64,000 nucleotides of DNA, from the NCBI GenBank assembly GCA_038888155.1, contig JAWAJB010000004.1, forward strand, positions 64,001 through 128,000, in the 5' to 3' direction. The stretch is from Desulfurococcaceae archaeon (lineage in GTDB: Archaea; Thermoproteota; Thermoprotei_A; Sulfolobales; Desulfurococcaceae). Numbering within the stretch: the stretch's first letter is position 1; each line of letters begins with the position of its first letter. Shown here piece by piece: positions 47,317 to 60,455 of the stretch. The translations under genes and the position numbers were made by a program. The notes under the pieces were generated by a model. The model saw only the letters and a list, made by a program, of their open reading frames with translations. It was not told where the DNA came from and did no database searches.

Positions 47317-48502
47317 GCTCTTTTAGCGCCTCTAGTGCGACCTTTATAACTTCGCCTTTAACTTTCATCAACTTAGTTAGTCCGTGTTTACCCAAGCTTT
47401 TAACCTCTGCTGTTAAAATCCCCATCATGTCTAGCTGGGATATGACTTGGCTTATGCTCCTCATCGACAGCGGCTCCAGCCCGCGCTTCTTAGCCTCTTC
47501 TACATAAAGAGAGTAAGCTTCACCCGTTGTAGCGTATCCCTTTCTCGATATAATGTCTAGGATAGCTTTCAATACCAACTTCTGGTGTAAGGGCAGAGAG
47601 ACTATGGTCTGGTACATCCTACCCTCTTCAATCTCGATTAGTGCCTTCTTCACGTGTTCAATAGTTACTTTTCCGGCGTTTTCCCTCTCTGCAACTTCAC
47701 CTGAGACCCTTAATAGGTCCAGCGCCCTCCTTGCGTCTCCGTGTTCCCTCGCAGCTAGAGCAGCACAGTAGGAGACAACGCTTTCCTCTATTACTCCTGG
47801 TTTAAAGGCCTTTTCTGCTCTCTGTCTCAAAATAGTATTTAGTTGGTCTGCATTGTATGGGGGAAAAACAATTTCCTCTTCACCAAGGCTGGATCTAACT
47901 CGCGGATCAAGGCTCTCAACAAAGTGCAGGTTATTGGTTATCCCTATAATGGATAATTTAGCCCGCGAGAGGTCCTCGTTTGACCTCAAGAGCTTATATA
48001 ATATATCATCTCCGTGCCTCCGAACAAAATAATCAATTTCGTCGAGTACTACTATGTGAAGGCCTGCCCAGCTATCTAGGGCATTAATGTACTTCCTATA
48101 AACTTCACTCAAAGCTAGCCCAGTGTATGGCACTCTAAGTCCTAGGCTAGACGCTACAGAGGCAAGTACTTTATACGGCGTGTCGACTTTTCTCGTGTTA
48201 ACGTAGGCGTAGCCCAGCCTAGTTCCAAGCGATGGGGCTTTGTCGACTAGCTTCTTTACTACGTACTTAGCAACTACAGTTTTACCTGTGCCTGTAAATC
48301 CATAGAGAAAGACATTGCTTGGCCTCTCGCCTTTAGAGGACACCACGAGTATTTCTGCTAATTTGACTATTTCTTTCTCTCTATGAGGTAGAGTGTCTGG
48401 TACGTAGTCTGGGTGCAGCACTTCCCTATTATCAAATATCCTAGATGATAGTCCACGCTTCCTAATAATGTCATCAATTATGTCCACGCTAGACATAAGC
48501 AA
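47309..48502 (-). CDS. cdc6: Orc1/Cdc6 replication initiator (Orc1-1-like)
   Basis: PDYVPDTLPHRE, GFTGTGKT, LDEID, GDARRALDLL, C-terminal winged helix. Confidence 0.96.
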   Translation of the reverse strand: MLMSSVDIIDDIIRKRGLSSRIFDNREVLHPDYVPDTLPHREKEIVKLAEILVVSSKGERPSNVFLYGFTGTGKTVVAKYVVKKLVDKAPSLGTRLGYAYVNTRKVDTPYKVLASVASSLGLRVPYTGLALSEVYRKYINALDSWAGLHIVVLDEIDYFVRRHGDDILYKLLRSNEDLSRAKLSIIGITNNLHFVESLDPRVRSSLGEEEIVFPPYNADQLNTILRQRAEKAFKPGVIEESVVSYCAALAAREHGDARRALDLLRVSGEVAERENAGKVTIEHVKKALIEIEEGRMYQTIVSLPLHQKLVLKAILDIISRKGYATTGEAYSLYVEEAKKRGLEPLSMRSISQVISQLDMMGILTAEVKSLGKHGLTKLMKVKGEVIKVALEALKELV

Positions 48503-48632
48503 ACACCACTAAATATAATAAGTCGAGTCAACGCGCTGAAAGATGCAATAAATGGGTCTGCCAAAACCCACTTTAATTATAGCTAAACAAAAATACTTTT
48601 TAAGGACAAAACCTGTGAGTTGATTAATGAAA

Positions 48633-48720
<88 letters not shown>

Positions 48721-48793
48721 CTAGAACCTCGTTTAGACTGTATAAAAGCCCCTGTTGCTTTAAGGTATTAAGCTGGAATGTTTAGAAGAGGCA

Positions 48794-49060
48794 GTGGTTG
48801 TTATGTCCAAGGACTCAAATATCCTTGAACACGAGCTAGTACCAAAACACGAGGTAGTTCCGCCTGAGGAGGCAGTTCAGCTGTTAAAGAGGCTGGGAAT
48901 CGAGCCGTGGCAGTTACCCTGGATATCTGCAGATGACCCAGTTATAAAGGCGATTGGCGCAAAACCTGGGGATATAATAAGGATTATAAGAAAAAGTGCA
49001 ACAGCAGGAGTTTTTATTGCTTATAGATATGTTGTTGTAGAGGTGACTAAGAAGTCTTGA
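48794..49060 (+). CDS. rpoH: RNA polymerase subunit Rpo5/H
   Basis: [19 protein letters not shown]. Confidence 0.96.
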   Translation: MVVMSKDSNILEHELVPKHEVVPPEEAVQLLKRLGIEPWQLPWISADDPVIKAIGAKPGDIIRIIRKSATAGVFIAYRYVVVEVTKKS

Positions 49061-52000
49061 TTTCATCTCTCTCAAACGAAGACCTTTGGTTGGTCGCAAA
49101 GAAATACTTCGAGGAAAAAGGTCTCGTACGGCAACACCTAGATAGCTACAACAGGTTTATCAGGGAGATCTTGCCGCAGATAATAGAGGAATTCAGCGTT
49201 GTGCCAATCACTGACACTATTAAGCTTTACATTGAGAAGCCGAGGATAGGGAAACCCCAGTGGATAGATATCGATGGAACTGCAAACTACAAGACTCCCT
49301 TGGAGTGCAGAATTAGGAACCTTACCTATATGTCGCCGCTTTACGTCACTATTAGGATAGAGGGAGATGGATTCTACAGGGAGATGGACTTAAAGCTCAT
49401 GGATTTACCCGTCATGTTGAAGTCAGAAATAGACATGTTGAGCACAGCGACTCCCCAAGAGCTTGTCGAGCACGGCGAAGACCCTCAAGATCCAGGGGGA
49501 TACTTCATTATTAACGGTAGCGAAAAAGTGCTCGTTGCCCAAGAAGATCTAGCGAGTAACACTATTCTACTAGACTATGGACAGGAAGGCACTGGTATAA
49601 CGCACACAGCTAAAGTGATTAGTGCGGCCAAGGGAAGGAGGTCACAACTAATAGTAGATCGAAGGAGGGATGGACTATTTTACGCTAATGTTCAAGGCCA
49701 TAGAATACCTGTAGTTGTATTGATGGTTGCTCTCGGCCTAGATACCAAGGAAATCCTCTACGCAGTAAGCCCAGACCCAACCTACCACGAGTTTATACTT
49801 CCATCAATACTTCAGGCAGAACAGCTGTTCCCAAGGCTCGAAATCCCGCAGAACCTATCCGAAGAGAGAATCCGAGAATATATTGAAAAGTACAGAAGAA
49901 AAATCGCAGAAGAAGCGCTAGATTACATAGGCTCTCGCTTCGCTGTTGGAAGACCCAGGGAAGAGAGAATACAGAGAGCGCAGAGGGTACTCGACGAGCG
50001 GTTGCTTCCGCACATTGGAATAGACTCCACTAAGGAAACTAGAATACTTAAAGCAGTTTTCATAGGGCAGATGATTGCTAGAATTATTGAATTAATGCTA
50101 GGGCGGAGAAGTCCAGATGATAAAGATCACTACAGGAATAAGAGGCTAAAATTAGCCGGTGATCTTCTCGCTACGCTTGTGAGAATAGCTCTTGTCTCTT
50201 TTACTAGGGAGCTGCATGAGGAACTAGAGAAACAGCTCTCGAAAAGCAGAAAAGTTGAAATAAAGGCTGCTTTCAAGCACAGCATAATAACGGACAGAAT
50301 TGTACATGCAATGGCTACGGGAAACTGGCCAGGAGGTAGAACTGGGGTAAGCCAGCTATTAGATAGAACAAACATGCTGAGTACACTAAGCCACTTGAGG
50401 AGAGTTGTCTCGCCGCTAACACGTAGCCAGCCGCATTTCGAGGCGAGAGAGCTCCACGGCACTCAGTGGGGCAGGATATGCCCATTTGAAACTCCCGAAG
50501 GGGCAAATATAGGGTTAGTTAAGAACCTAGCGCTACTGACGAATGTGAGCGTTGGTATCGACGATGAAGAAGTAGAGGAATTGCTATACGATATGGGTAC
50601 GATACCTATCCTCTCAAAGAAGATTAAGGGCAAACACTACAGTGGCTACCTTGATATGATCATTAAAGAACTAGAAAGAGGCGAGCTCAGAGAGGAAGAT
50701 TACATAGGCTTGGCCAAGATATTTCTCAACGGCAAGCTAATAGGCTATCATAGTAACGGGCAAGACCTTGTCAATACGCTTAGAGATCTTAGGAGGCAGG
50801 GCAAGCTCAGTCCAGAGGTGAATGTTTCATACACTCACACAGATCACATAAATGAAGTAGTTATAAATACCGATGCTGGCCGCATAAGGAGACCGTTGAT
50901 TATTGTGGAGAACGGGATCCCCAAGTTAACAAAAGAGCATATTGCCAAATTGAGTAGAGGAGAGATCTCCTTTGATGATCTCGTCAAGATGGGAGTTATT
51001 GAGTACTTAGACCCAGACGAGGAGGAAAACGCGTACGTTGCTTTAACCCCCGAACAAATTACAGGAGAGCATACACACATTGAGATTTGGACGCCTGGAA
51101 TATTCGGCATTACAGCTTCTGTAATTCCATACGCTGAGCACAATCAGAGCCCCAGAAATATGTACGAGGCTGCTATGGCAAAGCAAGCTCTTGGCTTAAG
51201 CACGGCTAACTTCCAGCGTAGGTCTGACACTAGGGGCCACTTATTACACTACCCTCAAAAACCCCTTGTTTCTACCAAGGCAATAGACATAATTAACTAC
51301 AACAATAGGCCTTCTGGGCAGAATTTCGTAACAGCGGTTTTGACGTACACGGGCTACAACATCGAGGACGCTGTAATCCTAAACAAAAGCAGCGTTGATA
51401 GGGGAATGGCTAGGTCGACTTTCTTCAGGCTTTACACAACAGTTGAGTACAAGTACCCAGGCGGTATACAGGACGAAATAGTGAAGCCGTCTCCTAGCGT
51501 GAGAGGTTACCGGGGGCAACAAGTATATGAACTCCTTGACGACGATGGCATTATAGCGCCGGAAACGGAAGTAAACGGAGGAGATGTCTTAGTGGGCAAA
51601 GTAAGCCCTCCTAGATTCATTAGCGTGCAGGAATACGGCGTTGGGGGAATTACTAAGCAGGATACAAGTGTGGCTGTAAGGCACGGCGAAAAGGGCGTTG
51701 TTGACATCGTTGTTTTAACAATGGACGATGAAGGCAATAAACTCGTAAAGGTGAGAGTAAGAGATCCTAGGGTGCCCGAGCTGGGCGATAAGCTAGCCTC
51801 AAGGCACGGACAGAAGGGAGTCATTGGCGTATTAATACCTCAATACGATATGCCTTTCACAGAGGAAGGAGTTACACCAGATTTAATAATTAATCCACAC
51901 GCGTTTCCAAGCAGAATGACTGTAGGACACTTACTAGAGTGTATTGCAGGAAAGGCTGCAGCGCTCCGCGGGGAAAACGTTGATGCAACCCCATTCTACA

Positions 52001-52527
52001 AGGAACCTATTGAGAACATCAGGCTAGTTTTGAAGAGGTTCGGGTATCCTCCTTCAGGGGAGGAAACAATGTACGATGGAAGAACTGGCGAAATTATTGA
52101 GAACCCTGTCTTCATCGGTGTAGTTTACTACCAAAAGCTCCACCACATGGTAAGCGATAAAATACACGCTAGGGCAAGAGGACCAGTGCAGATATTGACT
52201 AGGCAGCCAACTCAGGGGCGTTCGCGCGCAGGAGGACTTAGGTGGGGTGAAATGGAAGTAGATTGCCTCATTGGACACGGCGCCTCTATGTTGCTTAGAG
52301 AAACTATGCGGGAAAGGAGCGATCAAGCGAGAGTGTACATTTGTGAGGAGTGCGGATTTATAGGACACTACGATAAGAACAAGGGTAAATTCGTTTGCCC
52401 AATTCATAAAGATAAAGTGAACTTAAAGCCAGTCGACGTTAGCTACGCGTTTAAACTACTAGTTCAGGAGCTGGTAAGCATGGGCATAAGGCCGAGGCTG
52501 GCCGTAGAAGATGTTCTGAAGGGGTGA
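49057..52527 (+). CDS. rpoB: RNA polymerase subunit Rpo2/B (unsplit)
   Basis: [31 protein letters not shown]. Confidence 0.98.
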   Translation: MISSLSNEDLWLVAKKYFEEKGLVRQHLDSYNRFIREILPQIIEEFSVVPITDTIKLYIEKPRIGKPQWIDIDGTANYKTPLECRIRNLTYMSPLYVTIRIEGDGFYREMDLKLMDLPVMLKSEIDMLSTATPQELVEHGEDPQDPGGYFIINGSEKVLVAQEDLASNTILLDYGQEGTGITHTAKVISAAKGRRSQLIVDRRRDGLFYANVQGHRIPVVVLMVALGLDTKEILYAVSPDPTYHEFILPSILQAEQLFPRLEIPQNLSEERIREYIEKYRRKIAEEALDYIGSRFAVGRPREERIQRAQRVLDERLLPHIGIDSTKETRILKAVFIGQMIARIIELMLGRRSPDDKDHYRNKRLKLAGDLLATLVRIALVSFTRELHEELEKQLSKSRKVEIKAAFKHSIITDRIVHAMATGNWPGGRTGVSQLLDRTNMLSTLSHLRRVVSPLTRSQPHFEARELHGTQWGRICPFETPEGANIGLVKNLALLTNVSVGIDDEEVEELLYDMGTIPILSKKIKGKHYSGYLDMIIKELERGELREEDYIGLAKIFLNGKLIGYHSNGQDLVNTLRDLRRQGKLSPEVNVSYTHTDHINEVVINTDAGRIRRPLIIVENGIPKLTKEHIAKLSRGEISFDDLVKMGVIEYLDPDEEENAYVALTPEQITGEHTHIEIWTPGIFGITASVIPYAEHNQSPRNMYEAAMAKQALGLSTANFQRRSDTRGHLLHYPQKPLVSTKAIDIINYNNRPSGQNFVTAVLTYTGYNIEDAVILNKSSVDRGMARSTFFRLYTTVEYKYPGGIQDEIVKPSPSVRGYRGQQVYELLDDDGIIAPETEVNGGDVLVGKVSPPRFISVQEYGVGGITKQDTSVAVRHGEKGVVDIVVLTMDDEGNKLVKVRVRDPRVPELGDKLASRHGQKGVIGVLIPQYDMPFTEEGVTPDLIINPHAFPSRMTVGHLLECIAGKAAALRGENVDATPFYKEPIENIRLVLKRFGYPPSGEETMYDGRTGEIIENPVFIGVVYYQKLHHMVSDKIHARARGPVQILTRQPTQGRSRAGGLRWGEMEVDCLIGHGASMLLRETMRERSDQARVYICEECGFIGHYDKNKGKFVCPIHKDKVNLKPVDVSYAFKLLVQELVSMGIRPRLAVEDVLKG

Positions 52528-52531
52528 GACA

Positions 52532-55171
52532 GTGCTTACATCGAGAATAGCTAAAATAAAGTTCGGACTGCTGTCACCTGATGAAGTAAGGAAAATGAGC
52601 GTAACCTCGGTGACGACCACCGATGTTTACGACAACGACGGTCTACCAATAGATGGAGGTGTAATGGATAAGCGCATGGGCGCAATTGAGCCAGGTGAAG
52701 TTTGCCCGACATGCGGCAACACTAGAGAAAACTGTCCAGGGCACTTTGGCCACATAGAACTAGTTAAGCCTGTTATTCACATAGCCTTCATTAAGTACAT
52801 ACTGCTGTACCTAAAAGCTACTTGCAACTCCTGTGGAAGGTTAAAAATACCCGAGAGCGAGAGACAGGAATACTTAAAGCTCCTAGGAGACCTCGAGGAG
52901 TTGCAACTGCTTTACCTGAAGAAGAGGCTTCATGAGTACATCAGAAAGAAGGCAATGGCCGCTGTTGCATGCCCGCACTGCGGCTCGCCTTCTCACAAGA
53001 TTAAGCTGGATAGGCCCTACAGCTTCTACGCGCAAACAGATGTTGGCTTCAGGAAGTTGTCGCCGAGCGAGATCAGAGAAAAATTAGAAAAGATACCTAA
53101 TGATGATATAGTGCTCTTAGGAGGAGATCCAAGGGAGGCGCGCCCCGAGTGGATGATACTAACCGTTTTACCTGTCCCCCCTAGATCGGTGAGACCCTCA
53201 GTTACCCTTGAAACAGGAATTAGAAGCGAGGACGATCTAACGCACAAGCTAGTTGATATAATAAGGGTCAACAACAGGTTGAAAGAGCATGTTGAAAGCG
53301 GTGCCCCAAGCGCGATTATCGAGGAGGAGTGGGAACTACTTCAATATCACGTTACGACTTACTTCGACAATGAGGTCTCCGGTATACCTGTGGCTAAGCA
53401 TCGAAGCGGAAAAGTCCTTAAAGGTCTATCGCAAAGACTTAAGGGAAAAGAGGGCAGGTTCAGGGGAGACCTTAGGGGCAAGAGGGTAGACTACTCGGCC
53501 AGGACTGTTATTAGCCCAGATCCTAACTTAAGCATCAACGAGGTTGGAGTGCCCGAAGAAATTGCCAAAGTGCTTACAATTCCTGAGAGGATCACATCTT
53601 GGAATATTGATTTCATGAGAAGGCTTATATTAAATGGGCCAGATAAGTGGCCAGGCGCAAACTACATCATTAGGCCCGACGGGAGGAAAATAAGCCTCAA
53701 GTACGTCGATAGAAAGGTTGCCGCTGAATCCATTGAGGCAGGCTTTGTAGTTGAGAGACACATACTAGATGGAGACATCGTGTTATTTAACAGGCAACCT
53801 TCGTTGCATAGGATCTCTGTTATGGCTCACGCAGTTAGGGTCCTGCCTTACAAGACGTTTAGGCTACATCCACTTGTCTGTCCACCTTACAACGCTGACT
53901 TCGATGGAGACGAGATGAACTTACACGTACCACAGAGCGAGGAGGCGCGCACAGAGGCTAGATTGCTAATGCTCGTTGAGAAGCACATCTTGACACCAAG
54001 ATACGGTGGCCCTATTGTAGGCGGATTGCAGGACTACATTAGCGGCGCTTACATACTAACTGCCAAGTCGACCTTTTTGACAAAAGACGAAGTATTCGTC
54101 CTTCTCTCAGTAACTGGGTATAAAGGAGATTTGCCTGAGCCAGCAATCTTGAAGCCTAGAGAATACTGGTCTGGAAAGCAGCTCATCTCTCTGTTTTTAC
54201 CTAAAGATTTCAACTACAAGAAGAACTCTAAGATAGGTAGCACCTCTGCTCTAAGGTGCATTGACGAGGACTGTCCCCACGACAGCATCGTTCTAGTTAA
54301 AAATGGCGTAATGCTCCAGGGCGTCCTAGATAAGGCAAGTATTGGTAGGGAAGAGCCAGAGAGCCTAATGCACTGGCTGATTAAAGAATACGGAGAGAAC
54401 TACGGCAGGTACTTCATGGATAGAGTCTACAAGATGTTTATAAGGGCATGCGAAATGTACGGGCTGACAATGGGCTACCATCACTTAATGTTAAGCTATA
54501 GTGCAAAGAACGCTGTTGAGAACACTATTAGAGAAAAGCTCGAGGAGGCAAAAGAGTTAATTAGGCTTTATAGCGAGAAAAGGCTGGTTCCTAGGCCAGG
54601 GAAAACGCTCGAGGAGAGCCTTGAAGACGAAATAATAGATACTCTATCCAAGAGGCTTCTCGACAGAGTGGCCGATGTCCTAACTCAGCACTTTACCTCT
54701 ACTAACCCTGTTATAATAATGGCTCGAACTGGGGCAAGGGGCAACCCAATAAACATAACCCAAATGTCAGGACTGCTCGGGCAACAAACAGTTAGGGGTA
54801 AAAGGCTGTCGCGCGGATTCCAAAATAGAATGCTATCGCACTTTAAGCCAGGAGATATAAGCGCCGAAGCAAGGGGGTTTATTAAGACTGGGTTCGTTGA
54901 CGGATTGAGCCCCCTTGAGTTGTTCTTCCACGCGGCAGCGGGAAGAGAGGGACTGATAGATACTGCTGTAAGAACAAGCCAATCGGGTTACATGCAGAGA
55001 AGGCTCATTAACGCCCTACAGGACCTAAAAGTATCCTACGATGGAGCAGTGAGAACAGCTATGGGAGAAATAGTCCAACTGCTTTACGGCGAGGATGGAG
55101 TGGATCCCATGAAGAGCGATCATGGCAAAGCGGTAAACATTGATAGAATTATTGAGAAATACGCGAGGTGA
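52532..55171 (+). CDS. rpoA1: RNA polymerase subunit Rpo1N/A'
   Basis: [17 protein letters not shown], bridge helix. Confidence 0.98.
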   Translation: MLTSRIAKIKFGLLSPDEVRKMSVTSVTTTDVYDNDGLPIDGGVMDKRMGAIEPGEVCPTCGNTRENCPGHFGHIELVKPVIHIAFIKYILLYLKATCNSCGRLKIPESERQEYLKLLGDLEELQLLYLKKRLHEYIRKKAMAAVACPHCGSPSHKIKLDRPYSFYAQTDVGFRKLSPSEIREKLEKIPNDDIVLLGGDPREARPEWMILTVLPVPPRSVRPSVTLETGIRSEDDLTHKLVDIIRVNNRLKEHVESGAPSAIIEEEWELLQYHVTTYFDNEVSGIPVAKHRSGKVLKGLSQRLKGKEGRFRGDLRGKRVDYSARTVISPDPNLSINEVGVPEEIAKVLTIPERITSWNIDFMRRLILNGPDKWPGANYIIRPDGRKISLKYVDRKVAAESIEAGFVVERHILDGDIVLFNRQPSLHRISVMAHAVRVLPYKTFRLHPLVCPPYNADFDGDEMNLHVPQSEEARTEARLLMLVEKHILTPRYGGPIVGGLQDYISGAYILTAKSTFLTKDEVFVLLSVTGYKGDLPEPAILKPREYWSGKQLISLFLPKDFNYKKNSKIGSTSALRCIDEDCPHDSIVLVKNGVMLQGVLDKASIGREEPESLMHWLIKEYGENYGRYFMDRVYKMFIRACEMYGLTMGYHHLMLSYSAKNAVENTIREKLEEAKELIRLYSEKRLVPRPGKTLEESLEDEIIDTLSKRLLDRVADVLTQHFTSTNPVIIMARTGARGNPINITQMSGLLGQQTVRGKRLSRGFQNRMLSHFKPGDISAEARGFIKTGFVDGLSPLELFFHAAAGREGLIDTAVRTSQSGYMQRRLINALQDLKVSYDGAVRTAMGEIVQLLYGEDGVDPMKSDHGKAVNIDRIIEKYAR

Positions 55172-56397
55172 TTTACATGGGCTTCAGCGCAGAGGACATA
55201 AACGCTGTTCTAGCTAAGTATAAAATGTATTTAACACCCCAGCTCTACAACGAGCTCTCGAGCAAGCTACACGACGCGTCCAAGCATCGCAAGCTACACA
55301 GTGAGGAAGTAGAGAAAATAGTACAAGAAGTCGTACTGAAATATCACCAGTCGCTCGTAGAGCCAGGCGAGGCTGTTGGCACCATAACAGCCCAAAGCCT
55401 TGGAGAGCCTTCAACGCAAATGACGTTGAGGGTATTTCACTACGCTGGCGTGAGGGAGTACAACGTGACGCTGGGGCTACCTAGGCTAATAGAGATTGTA
55501 GATGCGAGGAAACGCCCCGAGACGCCAATTATGGAGATATACCTCACCGAGGGCTACAAGAGCGACTTGGAAAAAGTTAAGGAGGTTGCAAGGCGCATTG
55601 AATCAACTTACGTTGAGAACGTAGCAAAAGAATTCAACGTCGACTACGCGGAAGGCGTTGCTACAATTAAGCTCGATAGGGATATGCTCGTGGATAAGGG
55701 CATAGACTTAGAGCAAATAGCTGGCGTTCTCAGCGAGCTTGATATAGGCACCGTTGATAATATCTCGGAGGAGCTTGACGAAATAAGAGTGCTACTGAGC
55801 GAAGAGTACCTAGATCCAACTAAAATAGAGAAGCTCAGGACAAAGGTTCTCCAAGCGCATATAAAAGGAATAAAAGAAGTGAAGAAAACAATAATTCAGC
55901 GAAGAGGAGACGAGTACATCATTATAGCAGAGGGAAGCAATTTAAAAGAGGTTATGAACATACCGGGCGTCGATTGGAGGAGAATATATACAAATGACAT
56001 ACATGAAATTGAGAATGTTCTTGGCGTCGAGGCAGCTAGGATGTCTATAATTAAGGAAATAAAGAATATACTTGATGATCAAGGATTGGACGTAGATGTA
56101 AGGCACATAATGTTACTCGCAGATATGATGACGTGGACTGGCCACGTTAGGCAAATAGGTAGAATGGGCATTGCTGGCGAGAAACCGAGCGTGCTCGCAA
56201 AAGCCACTTTTGAGACAACTATTCAGAAACTCGTGGAAAGCGCTATCTCAGGCGAAGAGGATACCCTACCAAGCATAACCGAAAACGTTATAATAGGGCA
56301 AGTGCCTCCAGTAGGTACTGGTTTAGTCCAAATCTTCATGACTCCATATGGAGCTAAACAAGCAGAGGAAAATGCAACAGGCGAGGAAAATGAGTAG
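55168..56397 (+). CDS. rpoA2: RNA polymerase subunit Rpo1C/A''
   Basis: [20 protein letters not shown]. Confidence 0.97.
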   Translation: MIYMGFSAEDINAVLAKYKMYLTPQLYNELSSKLHDASKHRKLHSEEVEKIVQEVVLKYHQSLVEPGEAVGTITAQSLGEPSTQMTLRVFHYAGVREYNVTLGLPRLIEIVDARKRPETPIMEIYLTEGYKSDLEKVKEVARRIESTYVENVAKEFNVDYAEGVATIKLDRDMLVDKGIDLEQIAGVLSELDIGTVDNISEELDEIRVLLSEEYLDPTKIEKLRTKVLQAHIKGIKEVKKTIIQRRGDEYIIIAEGSNLKEVMNIPGVDWRRIYTNDIHEIENVLGVEAARMSIIKEIKNILDDQGLDVDVRHIMLLADMMTWTGHVRQIGRMGIAGEKPSVLAKATFETTIQKLVESAISGEEDTLPSITENVIIGQVPPVGTGLVQIFMTPYGAKQAEENATGEENE

Positions 56398-56722
56398 CCT
56401 AACTCTAAGAGCGGAGATTACGAGGGCAATTCAAGTAGCTACAAGAACGGGACAGATAGCGTATGGAGCCCGCAGGATTTCAGAGCTAGCACTACACGGC
56501 AAAGCAAAGCTCATAATACTTGCATCTAACGCGCCTCCGGAACTTAGACACGACATAGAGCACTACGCTAAACTAAGCAAAATACCAGTTATTGTTTTCG
56601 AGGGAACAAATATTGAGCTGGGCAACGTTGTGGGAAGGCCGCATAGCGTAACAGCTCTTGCGATAATAGACCCCGGCCAATCGAGAATTCTTGACCTAGT
56701 TAAACAGGTGAGCAATGATTGA
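56390..56722 (+). CDS. rpl30e: 50S ribosomal protein L30e
   Basis: [25 protein letters not shown]; operon position. Confidence 0.94.
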   Translation: MSSLTLRAEITRAIQVATRTGQIAYGARRISELALHGKAKLIILASNAPPELRHDIEHYAKLSKIPVIVFEGTNIELGNVVGRPHSVTALAIIDPGQSRILDLVKQVSND

Positions 56723-57168
56723 GTAATAAGGATCGAGGCCAAATTAGGATAACTCCCGAGGAATTCAGGTATATGGCATTGCTCAGTGAGTTAACAAATG
56801 CCTCAGTTAGAGACTGTATCATTGAGGACGAAAACAACCGCATAATATTCATGGTCAACCCAGAGGAAGTTGGAAAGGCTATTGGTCCGCGCGGTTTCTT
56901 TGTTCAGAGGCTAAGAAAAATCCTCAACAAGGAAATAGAGATAGTAGGCTTTAGCGATAAGCTAGAGGAACAAGTTAAATTGGCCTTGGCTCCAGCGAGA
57001 GTCAAGGATATGAAGCTTGTAACTAGGCCCGATGGATCTAAAATCCTGTACGTCGCAGTAAACCCAGCCGATAAGGCGCTGGCTATAGGAAAAGGGGGTA
57101 GAAACATTCAGAAGGTTAAGCTAATAATGAAGAGGCACTTCAATATAGACTCTGTAATAATAGCATAG
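56719..57168 (+). CDS. nusA: Archaeal NusA (two KH domains)
   Basis: GKAIGPRG and AIGKGGRN. Confidence 0.94.
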   Translation: MSNKDRGQIRITPEEFRYMALLSELTNASVRDCIIEDENNRIIFMVNPEEVGKAIGPRGFFVQRLRKILNKEIEIVGFSDKLEEQVKLALAPARVKDMKLVTRPDGSKILYVAVNPADKALAIGKGGRNIQKVKLIMKRHFNIDSVIIA

Positions 57169-57271
57169 CAATTTTTGGGGTAAAACTGCCCTTGGTTTTT
57201 GAGCGTCTGTATAAAGCTTAAGAATATTTAAAAGGTCAAGAGATTAGAATGTAGAGAAGAGGTGCTTACAC

Positions 57272-57718
57272 TTGCCCGGTAAGAAAGCTCCCAATGGAAT
57301 ATACGCTGCAAGGAAACTTGGCGAGAAGCGCAACAGGTTTAGATGGTATCAGAGAGAATACAAGTGGAGAGCCCTGCGAAAACAGGGATTAATAAGAGAT
57401 CCTCTAGAAGGAGCGCCGCTGGCGCGAGGTATTGTATTGGAGAAGGTTGGCGTTGAGTCGCGTAAACCTAACTCAGCTCTAAGGAAGTGCGTTCGAGTCC
57501 AACTTGTAAAGAATGGAAAGGTTGTTACAGCTTTCGTGCCTTGGGACGGAGGAGTAAACTTCATTGATGAGCACGACGAAGTAGTTATAGAGGGTATAGG
57601 AGGTACGCTAGGAGGCGCGATGGGCGATATACCTGGAGTAAAATTCAAGGTTGTCCTAGTCAATGGAGTATCGCTCAAAGCCCTCTGGTTGGGAAAGAAG
57701 CAAAAACCTGTGAGATAG
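57272..57718 (+). CDS. rps12: 30S ribosomal protein S12
   Basis: [20 protein letters not shown]. Confidence 0.97.
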   Translation: MPGKKAPNGIYAARKLGEKRNRFRWYQREYKWRALRKQGLIRDPLEGAPLARGIVLEKVGVESRKPNSALRKCVRVQLVKNGKVVTAFVPWDGGVNFIDEHDEVVIEGIGGTLGGAMGDIPGVKFKVVLVNGVSLKALWLGKKQKPVR

Positions 57719-58324
57719 GTGCGCGGCTTGGACACTCAAGCTCCCCTAGCTATAGAAGTTAATGAGATAAAGCTCTTTGGTAAGTGGAGCTACAGCTGGA
57801 TCAATATTAGGGACCCGAGCCTAAAGAGATATCTCTGCTTAAAGCCTACGCGCGTACCCCACACGGGGGGTAGGCACGAGCACAGGAGATTCGGCAAGAC
57901 TGCTGTACCCATAGTTGAGCGGTTGCTCAACAAGCTAATGATGCCAGGCAGAAATACGGGTAAAAAGCACCTAGCATTTAATACAGTTAAAAAGGCATTT
58001 GAGCTAATTCACGTAAAAACTGGCGAAAACCCCCTACAAGTGCTCGTCAGGGCAATTGAAAATTCAGCTCCTCGCGAAGATACGACTAGGATAATGTACG
58101 GCGGCATAGTGTACCACGTGTCAGTGGATATATCGCCGCTAAGAAGGATAGATCTTGCACTGAAGCACCTCACAGAGGGCGCTCGATTGAAGTCGTTTAA
58201 TAACCCGTTGCCCATAGAAGAAGCCCTCGCCGAGGAGATAATATTAGCTGCTAATGGCGATCCAAAGAGCTACGCTATACAGAGAAAAGATGAAATAGAG
58301 AGAATAGCCTTAAGCAGCAGGTAG
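57719..58324 (+). CDS. rps7: 30S ribosomal protein S7
   Basis: [22 protein letters not shown]. Confidence 0.97.
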   Translation: MRGLDTQAPLAIEVNEIKLFGKWSYSWINIRDPSLKRYLCLKPTRVPHTGGRHEHRRFGKTAVPIVERLLNKLMMPGRNTGKKHLAFNTVKKAFELIHVKTGENPLQVLVRAIENSAPREDTTRIMYGGIVYHVSVDISPLRRIDLALKHLTEGARLKSFNNPLPIEEALAEEIILAANGDPKSYAIQRKDEIERIALSSR

Positions 58325-58480
58325 CGCGATTTATTATTTATCCTTCTCCCCATCGATTTTGTTCTAAGCTACTCGAAGTGTATAGCTTTTTTAACAGTCT
58401 ATAAAATAGTATTTAAGGGTCTTGGTAAACTTTATAAGCATAGTATTTAATCACGTGGAAAAGGTATAGGTGATTTAATT

Positions 58481-59797
58481 ATGAGTGTGCCTCAGAAGCC
58501 GCACTTGAATCTAATAATAATTGGGCACATAGATCATGGAAAGAGCACAATGGTAGGCAATATATTGTACCGCTTAGGATACTTCGACGAAAAAACCATG
58601 AGGGAAATTGAGGAGCAGGCCAAGAAAATGGGCAAAGAGAGCTTCAGATTCGCCTGGTTGCTTGATAGGTTAAAGGACGAGAGGGAGAGGGGCATAACAA
58701 TAAGCCTATCATACATGAAGTTCGAAACCAAGAAGTACTTCTTCACTATCATCGATGCCCCAGGACATAGAGACTTCGTGAAGAACATGCTTACAGGCGC
58801 CAGCCAGGCAGACGCAGCAATCCTAGTTGTTAGTGCAAGGAAGGGCGAATTCGAGGCCGGAATGAGCGCTGAAGGCCAAACTAGGGAGCACGCTATACTT
58901 GCAAGAACGATGGGCATAAGCCAACTAATAGTAGCCATAAACAAAATGGATGCCACTGAACCTCCTTACAGCGAGAAGAGGTATAAAGAAGTTGTTGAGA
59001 TTCTCAGCAAATTCCTAAGAAGCATTGGATTCGATCCTACTAAGATACCTTTCATACCAGTATCTGCTTGGACTGGAGAAAACCTAATAGAAAGATCGCC
59101 TAACATGCCGTGGTACAATGGGCCAGTACTAGCTGAATCGCTAGACCAGCTTGCAGTTCCGCCAAAGCCTTTAGACAAACCTCTTAGACTGCCCATACAA
59201 GATGTATACGTGATCTCCGGTATTGGAACAGTTGCTGTAGGTAGAGTTGAGTCTGGCGTTCTCAAGGTAGGCGACAAAGTATCGATAATGCCTCCCTCGC
59301 TAACTGCAGAAGTGAAGTCCATAGAGACGCACCACGTTAGAATAGAGAAGGCAGAGCCGGGCGACAACATAGGCTTTAACTTAAAGGGCGTTGAGAAGAA
59401 AGACGTTAAACGCGGCGATGTAATAGGATCCCTTGACAGTCCTCCAACAGTAGCAGACGAGCTAACAGCGCGCATAATGGTGGTATGGCATCCCACAGCA
59501 ATAGCTATTGGCTACACTCCAGTGCTACACATACACACAGCGAGCATTGCCTGCAGGATTACAGAAATTGTCGCCAAGCTAGATCCTAGAACGGGCAAGG
59601 AAGTCGAAAAGAATCCCCAGTTCTTGAAGCAAGGCGATATCGCAATAGTGAAGTTCAAGCCAATTAAGCCGCTAGTAGCTGAAAAGTACTCAGAGTTCCC
59701 AGGTCTCGGAAGGTTTGCCATGAGAGACATGGGCAAAACTGTTGGTATAGGACAAGTCTTGGAGGTAAAGCCAGCTCAGGCAGCTGCCAAAAAGTAG
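58481..59797 (+). CDS. tuf: Elongation factor EF-1 alpha
   Basis: GHIDHGKST, DAPGHRDF, NKMD. Confidence 0.98.
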   Translation: MSVPQKPHLNLIIIGHIDHGKSTMVGNILYRLGYFDEKTMREIEEQAKKMGKESFRFAWLLDRLKDERERGITISLSYMKFETKKYFFTIIDAPGHRDFVKNMLTGASQADAAILVVSARKGEFEAGMSAEGQTREHAILARTMGISQLIVAINKMDATEPPYSEKRYKEVVEILSKFLRSIGFDPTKIPFIPVSAWTGENLIERSPNMPWYNGPVLAESLDQLAVPPKPLDKPLRLPIQDVYVISGIGTVAVGRVESGVLKVGDKVSIMPPSLTAEVKSIETHHVRIEKAEPGDNIGFNLKGVEKKDVKRGDVIGSLDSPPTVADELTARIMVVWHPTAIAIGYTPVLHIHTASIACRITEIVAKLDPRTGKEVEKNPQFLKQGDIAIVKFKPIKPLVAEKYSEFPGLGRFAMRDMGKTVGIGQVLEVKPAQAAAKK

Positions 59798-59885
59798 TTG
59801 AAGTTTTCACTGAGCGTGCAATTAAATGATAAGTTTTTATCGAAAGACATTAGTTGTGTAAAACCAACAAAGCCGGGGAATCTCG

Positions 59886-60197
59886 TTGTCGCTACCAAGA
59901 ATGGTTAAAATAAAAATGTGGAGCACTAACGTAAAGGTACTCGAGGACTTCACTCTAAAGATAGTTGATATTGCCAAGAAAAGCGGAATAAAGACTAGCG
60001 GGCCTATTCCCCTCCCGACAAAAAAGCTTACAATAAGAACGCTAAAGCTACCTCACGGCGAGGGTAAAAAGAAGTACGAAAGGTGGGAAATGAGGATACA
60101 CAAGAGGCTACTTTATGTAGCTGAAGACGAGAGAGTAATGAAGCAGCTGATTAGGGTGCGAGTGCCACCAGAAGTTTGGATAGAAATCGAGCTCTAA
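59886..60197 (+). CDS. rps10: 30S ribosomal protein S10
   Basis: GPIPLPT, WEMRIHKRL. Confidence 0.96.
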   Translation: MSLPRMVKIKMWSTNVKVLEDFTLKIVDIAKKSGIKTSGPIPLPTKKLTIRTLKLPHGEGKKKYERWEMRIHKRLLYVAEDERVMKQLIRVRVPPEVWIEIEL

Positions 60198-60247
60198 GAA
60201 ACTACATAGTTTTAAGCCCTTTCTCTCTATCCTATTTTTATAGAAGG

Positions 60248-60355
60248 GCCGGGGTGCCCGAGCGGCCTAAGGGGCTGGCCTGGAGACTTGAAGCTATACT
60301 ACCGGGAAGCCAGTGCCCCATAAGGGGCGCGCGGGTTCAAATCCCGCCCCCGGCG
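60248..60355 (+). tRNA. tRNA-Ser(GGA) with a 22-nt intron at 37/38 (60286-60307)
   Basis: GCCGGGG/CCCCGGC acceptor stem, G73, long variable arm, anticodon 60282-84. Confidence 0.95.
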
Positions 60356-60455
60356 CCTTTGTGTATTTTTAAAGCTCATTTGAAATAGTTTTAAAAGCTG
60401 CATTTACCCTAAAAATGTTAGAATTGGGTTCAACATAGTGCTTACGGTGAAGTAA

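Noticed and set aside
58325-58480. EF-2 absent between rps7 and tuf
   Set aside because: Normal arrangement in crenarchaea.
60176-60388. 70-aa ORF after rps10
   Set aside because: It is a translation of the tRNA-Ser gene.
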